DNA of 63,530 bases, counting the filler. It is 10 parts of 10 records of this genome, joined end to end, with 100 filler letters (N's around TTAATTAATTAA, not from the genome) between each part and the next. Parts side by side here need not be neighbours in the genome. Positions count along the whole stretch, not along the records: positions 36,359 to 45,259 come from SRR7504441_3332; positions 45,360 to 53,027 come from SRR7504441_3333; positions 53,128 to 58,089 come from SRR7504441_3335; 7 more parts are not named here. One strand, written 5' to 3'. A program made the position numbers and the translations under genes. This document shows, one piece after another, positions 44,470 through 55,791 of the stretch (the stretch's first letter is position 1; every line of letters begins with the position of its first letter). The notes below the pieces were generated by a model. The model saw nothing but the letters and a program-made list of their open reading frames with translations, searched no databases and had not been told where the DNA came from.

Positions 44470-45618
44470 TATGGCTCGTGCTCGCACGCCGAGAGGGTCG
44501 GTTTAAACCACCATCAGTCGACTCTTGTTTGAAGCAACTGGATACTACGACATGTACTACGAGTATCATGATTGTGTGTGTAATAACGGACGTTGCGATT
44601 CCGTCTTGGGCGGGGCCTTGTGGAGGGGGAAAGGATCAAGAGCGGGCTTTATAATAATTATATATAAATTCTTTATTGACGATAAATAGAAAATAGCATG
44701 CCGCATGTCTCCGGGCGGACGTGGGGCTCACCCGTACCGGGGTGTGCGTCCGTGACCGCGAGAGAATCTTGCGAGTTCACTTGGACTCACAGACGGCTTG
44801 GTGGCTAGCGGCTTGGTCGCATTCGCCCAGCTACCGGGATTTTTCTGTGAGCCCCAGCTACCGCTGAAGCTTATGTCAAGCTTGGTGGCGGGTTGAGCAG
44901 TTGAGAATACCATTTAATCTGCAACAGCCCGGATCAGTTCGCCAGCCACCCGCTGGGGCGATCAAGCAGCCGGTCAACGACAGACGAAATGGGATCACAG
45001 AAGTGCGCTAGCCAGCAGGCGCCGCGCCCCCTCGGGTAAGCTGCTTTGGCACGCACAGGGTCGGTCCACCAGAGACGCGACACCACAACCCCGAGGCGCA
45101 TGCCAGGTATATAGATCAGACCAGCTGGGCAAGCCCCGGCCTGGAGGAGGGCCGATCAGCGAGCGGGGCAACCGGACCCAGAGACCGCGCCGCATGATCG
45201 GGTCTTCCGGCCAGCACCATGGCCCAGCGACTGGCGGCGAGGGCTAGCGAGGGCCGAGTNNNNNNNNNNNNNNNNNNNNNNNNNNNNNNNNNNNNNNNNN
45301 NNNTTAATTAATTAANNNNNNNNNNNNNNNNNNNNNNNNNNNNNNNNNNNNNNNNNNNNTCATGACAACAAGTGCCCGATATGCAGGCTGAGGATTTTGG
45401 GTATTAAAATCGAAATCAATATTGTTGTCAGATCAGTTAGGTCGAGTTTATTTAGAGTTTATTTTAGTAATAGTGTGAGAGATTCGTGATGGCGAGAGCG
45501 CTGTAATGGGCGAATAAACGTAGAGATCGATGTATTAATTAATTAAGTCTTGCACAGACCACTTGAGATGATCATCTCGACTCTCAAGTTTGGAGCTCAA
45601 GTAACGAAGTATTAAAGC

Positions 45619-48058
45619 TCAGGCTTCCTCGCATTCCCGGTACATTTCAGTATCTTCTTGCTCTGCCCAACATGGAAATGCGTCGAGGTCAATATCAAAT
45701 ACTAACAACCCAAGCGACAGCATCGATCCTACAATGATGAACACTCCGAGGATATTAAGCAAGACACCAGTTGCCGCCATGTGTCGAACCTTGAGTCGGC
45801 CCTGGTGTGAAGTGAGTAAGGACTGCAATGGAGCTGCAACTTACTGTAGCAAACACGATAGCGTTTGGTGGAGTGGCCACAGGAAGCATGAATGCGAGTG
45901 AGGTTGCCAGTGCCCCAGGAATCATCAGCGCCAGCGGATTGTACCGCAGGGATTGTGCTAATGCTGCCAGCACTGGTAACATGATGGTGCAGGTAGAAAC
46001 ATTGGAAGTGAGCTCAGTGGCCATTGTAATGCATGCACCTGCAGCTGTGATAAGATCTCAAATCAGGCCATCGAGGCATACAGATTGTGATCAGGAGAAC
46101 AGGCAGAGGGAGAGGCTGCAGAGCGTCCATGTGCTCGCTGAGTGTGTCTGACAGTCCACTCTCCTGGGACATTCCCTTGAGCAGCCTGACGATATGGCTG
46201 ATACCTTGAAAGCATCCGCGAGCGCAAAGCCTCCACCGAGTAGAATCACAATCCCCCATGGGAGCTTAGCCATATCTGCCCAGTCTAGGACCTGGACAAT
46301 GCCGGTTCATGTCACGCCGAGAGTTTATGAGCGCCTTTGGGGTAGGGTCCCAGCTGCTAAAGTCCGGTCTGCGTGCAGGAGCCATGAAGAGAAAGACCAC
46401 AATCAGCATTACAGAAGTTGTGTCAGAGACCATGCCATCCGGGTAGATTGATCCCCAGCCAGGAATCACCTCGTGGACATTTCAACAATCTTTCATGCCA
46501 TGGACACACCTGTGGGTCCCGAAAAATCCACGCAGCTACGAGTACAGCAAAGGCACAGAGCACAACTCTCTCGTCCCAACGGATTGGCCCGAGGTCACAG
46601 TAAAGCTCTATCACCTGTCAACAGAGCTCAAACTCGGCCGAATCCAGCGCATCGCCTGTTGCTTGCTAATGCTTGGGATCTTCAGCGGCCGCCGGATACC
46701 CCAACGACGCCAGCTGCCGCCACAGCTCTAGTGGCCAAGAGAGGGCAGCCCCTGTCACCGGCCATGCAGCCGAACGACAAAAAAGGTGACAACAAGCACA
46801 GTAAAGGAGAGAGGGAGCCCGTAGAGTAGCCAGATAGCAAACGACAACTCAGGGGCCTGCAGACCCAGCTCACGGTGATTATGGACGCAGTCTACCTTTG
46901 GAAACAGCGTGCTGAACTGGCCTGTCAGCACAATATTGGGCCCTGTGCCCGTGAGGGTACTAAAGCCTCCAACTGAGCACGCATATGCAGTCCCGAGGCA
47001 GAGCTGTCTACCTACCACGTAAGCTGAGCCTAACTGCCATCGCCTAACTAAACCGAATTTGTACATATCTCCGTCGCGGTCTCGGAGCGGGATAGGGTTA
47101 TTGTCGATGGATGAATCGCCTCGCGGGGACCAGGGAGAAGTGGGGGTGCGTGGAGTGAGCCCAGCAGGTTCAAACACATCGAGCTCGACGTCACATGCTG
47201 GATTGCCATCCATGACTGCACCGCCGGCTGGTGCGATGGCCGGCCAGGGCTTTGTACCCGAGTGCACAACAGTAGCCCTCGGGGACGGAGGCTCGTCCTG
47301 CGGCTCGGGGTTGGCCTCTATTGACTGCAGCACCGTCTCGATGATCGGGGTCATCATCACACAGGTCGCTGTGTTGGACATCTGCCCACCACAGCTGTGC
47401 ACACACGACGGCAGCAGGCACCCACCCACATGGACAGGCCCCAGCAAACCAGCATGAACCCTGCGAGCACCTGATCCGCTGACGTGCCCACCTGCCCTGC
47501 CGTGACCACCCGCCCACCGGGCAGGGTACCATCCTGAGCACTAGCAGCGCTATCCGCTGGTGCAGTCCCGTCTTCTCTATGGCCGCAGCCACAATAAACC
47601 CGCCCAGGAAGAGCATGCTGGTGTTCTTCATGTAGTTCGGCGCCACCGTGGAGGCTGGCTGGATCACCAGCAGCTGCCCCGCACACCCACTCAGCTGGTC
47701 CAGTCAGCCACTCACAGGGAAGAGCGCCAACGGTAGCAGGGCAGTGGCCGGCAGCGGGATCGCCTGCGCGATAGGCTGTTGCGAGCCGGCGGCGGGCGAA
47801 TCACCTCCGTGGCCCACCACACCGCCATAAGTGCCGTGCAGCCCACCACCCGCAGCTGCACACTGGACGAGCAGAAGAGCGGCAATAGAAGCAGCGGGCA
47901 CAGGACGATGTACCAAGCGCTCTTGGACAGCCGGCACCGACACTCCTGCGAGCAGGTTAGCTCCGCCAGGAGGCTGCCATGCGGACCCGTTGCTCGATTG
48001 GTTGGTCATCCTCAGGGAGCTGAGTCCGGCCACGGTCCACCACCACGTCTGGTCCCAT
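45619..48058 (-). CDS. SLC13/DASS sodium-dicarboxylate (INDY-like) transporter, many introns
   Basis: LFLGGFIVAAAIEKTGLHQRIAL, MSNTAT, GTGPN, TELTSNVST, AFMLPVATPPNAIVF. Confidence 0.92.
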
Positions 48059-48120
48059 CGGCCTGGCCGGTTCTAACGGCATCTTGCCAGTGTGCCCTAC
48101 CCTGAGCGCATGCGCCATCG

Positions 48121-49603
48121 ATGGCCGCAGCGTTCGAATGCGGCTCCTGCGGGGCCTCGTTCACAACCCCCTTGGCGCTAAGACAGCACGCAAGCGGCTG
48201 CACCCGGTGCAGCCGGTGCGGCCGACCGAGCTGCCGCCCAGAGCGCTGGCCGGCCGACCGAGGCTGCGAACTCGCCGGTGCGCCCCCTGCCGGTTGTGCT
48301 CACCGCCAGTGCCGCAGGCGCAACCGACTGGGCCCCGCCCGCGCTCACCGACCGGCCGCCGGATGGCCGGACTGCGTCGGCGCACACGATGATCCAACGG
48401 GCGCCTGCCCTGCCGTGCCGCCAGTCGAGGCCTGCCGGTCCAGAGTTCTGCGGGCTGGCCCGGACAGAGTGCCCAGGGGCTGTGCGCAGGCAGGTGCCGG
48501 TGGTGCTCCGAGGGCAGAGCCCGCCCCTGGACCAGTGGAGCCCCACCGCCCTCGATTCGGCGATGGGCGCCGTGCCGTGCGCCGTGCTCGGAGCGCCCAC
48601 GGACGAGTTCCGTTACTTCATCCCGGGGCTGCCCGGCTCCGACCAGCCCAGCTGCGTGGTCCAGACCATCCCGTGGCCCGCATACCGGGCGCTTGCCTCA
48701 GAGGAGCGGCGGCGGCGGTCCGGAGGGCAGCGCCGGCTGGGGTACTACCTTCAAGTACCGTTACTTGTCTGCCAAGACTACACTGCCGGCCGGCTGGTGC
48801 CCGCGCCCGGTCTGCCGGCCGGCCGAGTGGAGGCTGTGGAGTTGATAGCGGCCGGGCTGGAGCCGATCAAGAGCGCTGCAGGTCTCGGGCCTTGGACAAG
48901 GACCCAGCTGTTTGTGAGTGATCAGCTGGCGTTCAGCCCTCTGCATTACGACCAGTACGCCAACCTGTACCTGCAGCTGCACGGCCGGAAGCGGGTCTGG
49001 CTGGCTCGGCCGGAGTTCGCCCGGACAGCGAAGGCGTACCCGGCTCACCATGCCCTTGGTGCCATCCTGGGCGTTCGGACTGACCGACTGGACAGATTCG
49101 TACGCCCAGATGCCACGGGAGGCGATGTCCGGCGCTGCCGGGCTGGTGGAGGCGGTGCTCGAGCCCGGGGAGCTGCTGTACATTCCGTCATACTGGTGGC
49201 ACGCGTTTGAAACGCTCGAGGATCAGACAGTCTCGCTAAACTTCTGGTGCTGGCACAAGGCTGGCTTGGTCTGACTCCTAGCAGGTACGGGATCGAGCAC
49301 CAGCTGGTGGCGGCCCCGGTCTGTCCAATCAGCGCTGGGTTTGAGCTGGAGCTCTCGAGGCTGCTCGAGCATTTAATCCGGGAGCTCTATGGGCATCAGC
49401 AGGTCAAGAACTTTCTTAGTGCGCTGAGGTGGGAATGCGTGCCTGCTGAGCAAAAGGGCTGGCCGAGCTGGCACCAAACTTGGATGGGTCCCGTGCTCAA
49501 GTGGGCGATGAGGCAGCTTACGGCGCTGCTCGGCGACCGGCGGCTCGAAGGGTTTGCCTTGACCTTCTTTGGCCCCGACCGGCTAGCGACATTCCCGACA
49601 TAA
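48121..49603 (+). CDS. JmjC/cupin-8 2OG oxygenase with an N-terminal Zn-finger-like motif, spliced
   Basis: SPLHYDQYANLYLQLHGRKRVWL, LEPGELLYIPSYWWH (HxD...H triad); FECGSCGASFTTPLALRQH. Confidence 0.8.
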
Positions 49604-49667
49604 AAAATGGTTTTAAATATAAGAACACCGGAAGATAGCTAATCGACATAGTATGTGTGAGCGCAGC

Positions 49668-51205
49668 TTAAACTCGCAGCAGCATCCTTCTGGGGTCCTC
49701 CATCAGCTCTTTCACGTTCTTAAGGAAAGTGACGGCCTCTCGACCATCAATAATCCGATGATCGTACGTCAGCGCCACATACATCATGGGCTGAAGCTGA
49801 ACTTTGTTGTCCACAAACATGGGCCGCTCGTTGATCCCGTGCAGACCCAACACGGCAGACTGAGGCGCTTTGAGCATCGGAGTTCCCATCAACGAACCAA
49901 ATACGCCGCCATTCGCAATCGTGAATGTGCCACCAGCCTAAACGCCCGGCAGCTCAGTCGCCTAGTCGGCCGGCTGGGCACCATGTCCTCGATGGCCATT
50001 GCTCCGGAGCGGGCCTTGGCTGCAAGCTCGCTGATGGCTCTTTCTGTATCAGCGAAGCTCATGTCCTGACAGTTCCTGCCAGGCAGACTCAGGCCAACCC
50101 GGCCAGCCAGAACCTCAAGATCGGGACCACTAGCCCCTGCTCCGTGACCGTGGCCACTCCGATGTCGGCGTACTCATAAAAGACCTGCTGCTCACCGACA
50201 ATGCTCGAATTGACACTGGGCTCGTTCATGAGCGCCTCCGTGGCCGCATGCACGAATCCAGACATGAACCTGCGCTCCAGCTCAGGCTCGCTGCCAGGCC
50301 GGCGGGGCACCCGAGTGGCACCCCGTGCTGCTGCTCGAACAGGTCCTTGTATTGCTCCCTCACGCTGATGAACTGAGCCATGTTGATTTCATTGTATGTA
50401 GTCAGACAGGCCGCGACGTTCTGAGATTCCTTGATTCTGTCCATGGTGCGGCTGCGCATCCTCGAGATCGGCAGCCGGAACTGGCCGCGCGATGGCCCCG
50501 ACGTCTGCTTGGCATCGGGCGCCGCGGGCTCTGGTGTGCTTGGTGCGGCCGGCGCCGGCTTGCTTGCGGCAGCTGGTGTCGGCTCGGGCTCGGCAGCTGC
50601 GGCGCTGGGCTCTGGCGTTGGGGCACTGACTGCCGTTGGGTCGATCTCCACAACGAACAACTCATTGCCGGGCTGTAGGCTCGGTCAGGATCCGAGAGGC
50701 GCCGGGGCACCTCGACGTTGTCATCCTCCGCGCACGCGAAGCTGACGACGCGGCCTGTGGCCGGGCTGGGCACGTCAACAGTCACCTGGCCCCGGATCGC
50801 GGGAGGGGGCGGGGGCAACGGCCTTGTCGGTTTCGATCTGGACTACGATCTCGTCGGCGGCCACCGGGTCGCCTGTGTAACGGTTACCACGACCAGGCCC
50901 GGGCCGGCACCGGGGCTCTTGAGTATGTCGGATACGGTGCCTTCCGAGATGCTCTCGCCCATGTCTGGCACCACCACCTGCCCGACCGGCCTCGCGCCAT
51001 CCGCCCCGATCTGCCCGCAAACCGTGGCGGTGGACTGATGCCGCGCCCCGAACGGCTGTCGCGAGCCCACGCGCTACGGGCGAGGGGGCACGACCGGGGG
51101 ACGAGCGCTATGCACGAAGCGAGGCCGCGCCAGCAACCGTGCCGGCCGGCTCAGCCAGGCCGCCCTAGCTGCCCGACCCAGAGGCCCTCGGCTGCTAGAT
51201 CGCAT
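49668..51205 (-). CDS. DLST: Dihydrolipoamide succinyltransferase (OGDH E2), mitochondrial
   Basis: [68 protein letters not shown]. Start codon tentative. Confidence 0.92.
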
Positions 51206-51478
51206 GCCCGGCAAGCCACAACTGATCCAGTGATGAACGAGGCGTCAGCTGCAGCCTGAGATGAACTGCCGTGAACGCGTGAACGCCGGCGTCGAAGCTC
51301 ATCTAAGTACTCAAAGTATCACTCACCCGAGCTGCATTAGGCAGAGTAGGGATGGACAACTGATAGAGTCAGCCTGTTAGAGAGTTTATCATTGTAGTAA
51401 ACGATCTTTACTTAAAAAAAAGCAACCATTAAATAAATATTGCACAATGTCGTGACAAATCCGATCACTCGAGAATTG

Positions 51479-53027
51479 TCACGGCTCATCACTTGGTGAA
51501 TCAAACGTCAACTCTGTGCAATCCAACAGGAAAACAATCGAATCCAGGTTCTTCATTTTTGGCATGCCGCCGCCAAAGACCTGCACAAACACCTGCAACA
51601 ATGGTCAGACCAGCCGCTATCTAGTAGCGCTTACGCATGTGGCGACATTCTTGCCGTTCATGCAGTTGCCTTCCTGGGCCACAACCTTCCGCCAGTGCTC
51701 GACTAGAGCCCCAAGAATCGCCCGGTTCGGGCCCGGCAGCTTGTTGAGCACAGCTTGCACTGGCCCCGGGCTCAGTGACGCTGAGTCATCGCACAGCTGT
51801 CGTGCAGCAGTGACAGCCTAGCAACCACCGGTGACAAGCCAGCACGAGAGCAGGATCTCACCTCTTCGAGCTCACTGGCCAGCTCCAAAGGGATTAGTGC
51901 ACCGGTGAACTGGCCAATCCACCGGAGGAGCACTGTCGTGAGCGTGTGGAAGCTGTACTCCTTCCCAATCCGGACAACGTCTGTCTGAAGCATTAGTTGC
52001 AGGTTGGCCGCTTCAGCCTTGCCCCCGGTCATCCGCCAGATATGCTCCTGTAGCAGGCTCACGCAAAAGCCGACCGCCCGATCGCACCGCTTTGATTGGG
52101 CCGCTCTCGAGCCACGCCAGGCTGCGCTCCAGGAACAAAGGCACACCGGCTTCACTGCACGAGGTGTACGGTTCCAGCATAACCTCGATCGTCGCAGGCG
52201 TGCTGGGCAGCGGCGCTGGGGCCGGCTGCTTAGTCACGTCGGTTGAGACGGTGGCTGGCGCAGAGGCGTTCGCCTGGCTCTCCCGCATGAGCATGTCCTG
52301 AACTCTGGCAATGTCGCCCTCCAGCTTCTCCTCAAGCCTGGTGTTCTGCAGCGTACTGTCCACCCAGCACGCGCTGGGCGACCGTTCCTCTCCCGCAAAG
52401 CAAGCGGTTACCGCGTCGCGCACCGGGTCCCAGCACTGCCCGGCCAATTCAGCCCCGGCCAACCAGGCGGCACCAGCTCCCAATCGGTGCTATTCGGCAG
52501 CCAGAGCTGGAACACGAAGCCAGTGCCGTCTTTCTCCCGGTGGAGGCTCAACCGGTCAGCCCCGGGCAGCTTGCGCTTCCACAGCCCGCGCAGCAGCGCA
52601 GTGCACAGCTGGGTGCCGGCCGCCAGTTGAGCCTGCGGCAGCTCCATCTCCTGGGCCAAGGTCAGGCCAGGCCGAAAGGCCGGGCGCACCAGGTATCCGC
52701 CGCCCTCTAGCCACTCGCGGTCGACGATTTCGTCAGTCGGCCTGGCCACAAAGTGGAAGGTGCCGCCGACGGGCACTTTGTCCAGGTCGCACTGCGCAAC
52801 GAACTGCCCGAAGTTCTGCACCGGCAGTCAGCAAGCCCGGGGGGCAGCGCGGGCGCCTTGGGGTGGGCGAACGAGAAGCGCCGCTCGACCGCGTCCCCGC
52901 TGGCCTTGCGGAACCAGACGTGGAGCTCGTTGGGCATCGTTTGCTTAGCACGGAGAGTTGGATCCGGCGCTGCCTCAAGCCGCTCTTGCGTCTGGTTTCT
53001 CACGCTCACCAAGAATCACAGAGCGGT
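51479..53027 (-). CDS. RhoGAP-domain protein, 5'-partial
   Basis: VPLFLERSLAWL, EHIWRMTG (Arg-finger position), HTLTTVLLRW, LPGPNRAIL, NCMNGKNVA. Confidence 0.7.
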
Positions 53028-53127
53028 NNNNNNNNNNNNNNNNNNNNNNNNNNNNNNNNNNNNNNNNNNNNTTAATTAATTAANNNNNNNNNNNNNNNNN
53101 NNNNNNNNNNNNNNNNNNNNNNNNNNN

Positions 53128-53283
53128 GCGGTGATGGCTAAATTAGCCAAGATGGGGCTTGCTGATGAGGAGGAGGAGGTCAAACCACGCCCAAAGACGC
53201 CAGCTAAGGATTCAGACGATGACGACGACGACGACGACGATGATGACGACGACGACGACGACGACGACATTGATTCCGATTAG
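53128..53283 (+). CDS. 3' end of a gene with a poly-Asp tail (GAC/GAT repeat at about 53215-53268)
   Basis: Open frame ...KDSDDDDDDDDDDDDDDDDDIDSD*. Confidence 0.6.
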   Translation, partial: AVMAKLAKMGLADEEEEVKPRPKTPAKDSDDDDDDDDDDDDDDDDDDIDSD

Positions 53284-53621
53284 GGCAGTCACTGAAGTAC
53301 ACCCATGCCTTGGCGACTCTAGAGTGACAACGATAATGACGTTTCGACGGATCTTTAGTACGGCCTAATGATCTTGTATTTATGAAATGTGCAACTTCGA
53401 AGATCAACCGAAAGACTCAACTAATGATTGTGATGCAAGGATCACGGCAAGCTAAATGTTAGACCCAACACATGTACATATGAACACATATAAATAATTA
53501 ATTACTTGTATTGCAAAATCAGATGACGTGTCAAAAGCGAGGTCTGCGTAAGGGCGAGACTTGAGCGTTAAACTTGCATCTTGCGAGTGCCTTGTGCACA
53601 ACCGATATGCTTTAGCTATGC

Positions 53622-55726
53622 TTAGTAGTCTCCCAACAGCGCCGCGTCACCCTCGCCGCCCATCACAAAATCCGCCCCGCCGTCCTCCTCCTCTGAGTCC
53701 TCGCGCACCGCTGAGGCCGCAACATGCATCTTGGCGCCGTAGATCGCCGCCTCCTCGGGGGTCAGCGAGGCCGCAAACTTGGCCGCGTTGTCGCGAGCTG
53801 CTGCCCGCTGAGCCTCCAGGTCAAACTTGGGCTCCTTTGCCGGCGGCTGGTCCTCGGCCGGCGGCTTTGTGTCAAACCTGCAGATCGGGTTGGTCTTGAT
53901 CCCAAGCAAGTCAACTCCCGAGCCAAACAGGTCGCGGATGTTCTTGTAACCGTACTTAATCATGGTCGGCCGCTCGAGCGAGAGCCCCCAGGCGATCACG
54001 GCCACGTCCTCGGGCAGGCCCATCGGCTGAAGCATCTCCGGTCTGAACATGCCGGAGTTGCCCACCTCGATCAGCGACTTGAGGTCAGGGTGGTAGCCAA
54101 AGATCTCCATAGAAGGCTCGGTGTAAGGGTTGTACGCCGGCTTGAACTTGGTCTCCTCGCGGGAGGAGACCATCCCTATGCGCACAAAGTACTCGGCGAT
54201 CACTCCCATCAGGTCGCCCAGGCACAGGTTGCGGTCCATCACCAAGCCCTCTATTTGGTGGAACTCTGCAAGGTGTGTCTTGTCCAGATTCTCATTACGG
54301 AACACGCGGTCTATCGAGAAATACTTCTTGGGCTCGAACTTGCCGCTCTTCATCGCCTCCTGCGCCGCCGCGTATAGCATCCGGGAGGAGACTGCCGTGG
54401 TGTGTGTCCTCAAGATTGTCTTGCGTGACTCCTCCTCAGACCACTCGTACTGGTAGCCGGTCGAGCCGTATCCGCCGGTCTGGTGCACCTGGCGCACCCG
54501 CTCCATGTACTCGGCCGGTATCTGGCCGCTCCGGGCCGGCTGCTCCAGAAAGAATGTGTCGTGTGCGTCGCGAGCTGGGTGTTGCTGCGGCTGGAAGAGG
54601 GTATCAAAGTTCCAGAACGAAGACTCGACGAACCGGGCCGTCGGCATCTCCTCGAAGCCCATCTCCAGGAACACGTTGCGGCACTCCTCGCGCACCTTGA
54701 GTAACGGATGCAGACAGCCACCCTGACCGCGCCGTCAGCTGACGTGAGCAGCGGGGCGACACCGAGGGGAGCACGCCCTTGGCAGACGTGAAGTTGAACT
54801 TTTTGAACTGAGCCTGCTTCCAGCTGCCCTTGGCGAGCATCTCGGGCGATATGTCCGTTGCCATCTTGGTGAAGGTTAGCCCGAACCGGCTCGCCTTTGT
54901 GATCTTATAATCCAAGATCCGGCTGTGCCCCGCCTGAGTCCGGCCCAGCCAGCCAGGCACCGCTCGGCCAGGCACTTGCGCTGCTTGAGCTCCTTGATCT
55001 CCTTGGGGTCCATCCCGGCCCCTCCGGTGGCCTGCACCACACGGAGCTTCTCCTGCAGCTTGTCTTGAACCGGCCCTGGCTGCTTTGTGATCAGCTTGGT
55101 CGCCTTGTCCATCGCCGCCCACTTGTTCTGCATCAGCTTGGCCTGCGCCACCTTCGGGTTCACACCCAGATCGCTGCACAGCCCCTGACCCGCCCTCGCC
55201 CCGGCCCCTCGCCCCCGGCCCACCTCGATCGCCTTGGCCGCAACTCCCTCCGCTGGCATCGCCGCCCACAGCTGCGGCCCAGTCAGCCCTCCGCGGCCCG
55301 GCCGGCGGGCACCCTGGCCTCGGGCGATCCGAGCTCGGCGTACTGGGCCGCCTCGTCCGTCAGCTCGAACACGTTCTTCTCCTCCGACTTGTCGAACGCC
55401 ACGTATTCCTCCGCCGCCAGCGACCGGACCACCCTCAGCAGCTCCTGCCCGGCCGGTCGGCCGACCGGCTGCGGAGGTGGCACCTCGTGGTCCACCCCGA
55501 ACGCCTTGGCCAGCTGGAGCGTGCTCGGCACCTCGCCGGCCTTGTTCACGGCGGCGAGCACCGCGTCGGGGCTGAGCGGCTCCGGCGGGGCGCCCGGTCC
55601 GAATTTGGAGGCCAGCCAGGCGGTCGGGTCGGCCGGCTGGTCGGCCGCAAGCTGCTTGACCAGGCCGTCGAACAGCGGCTCGACGCCGTGGCGCTCAAAG
55701 TACTCAGCTACCTGGGCTCCCGCCAT
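53622..55726 (-). CDS. FARSA: Cytosolic phenylalanyl-tRNA synthetase alpha subunit with N-terminal Dpy-30/RIIa-like domain and C-terminal extension, 5 introns
   Basis: [72 protein letters not shown]. Confidence 0.96.
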
Positions 55727-55791
55727 CGACGAGCGGAAGGCACGATACGATCGCGAGCCGTTGTTGCGGCGATCTGCCCGCGTCATCCGTC

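Noticed and set aside
45060-45118. Minus-strand ATATACCTGGCA as the 5' end of a variant U1 snRNA
   Set aside because: No U1-70K loop (GATCAnGAAG), U1A loop (ATTGCAC) or correctly placed Sm site follows.
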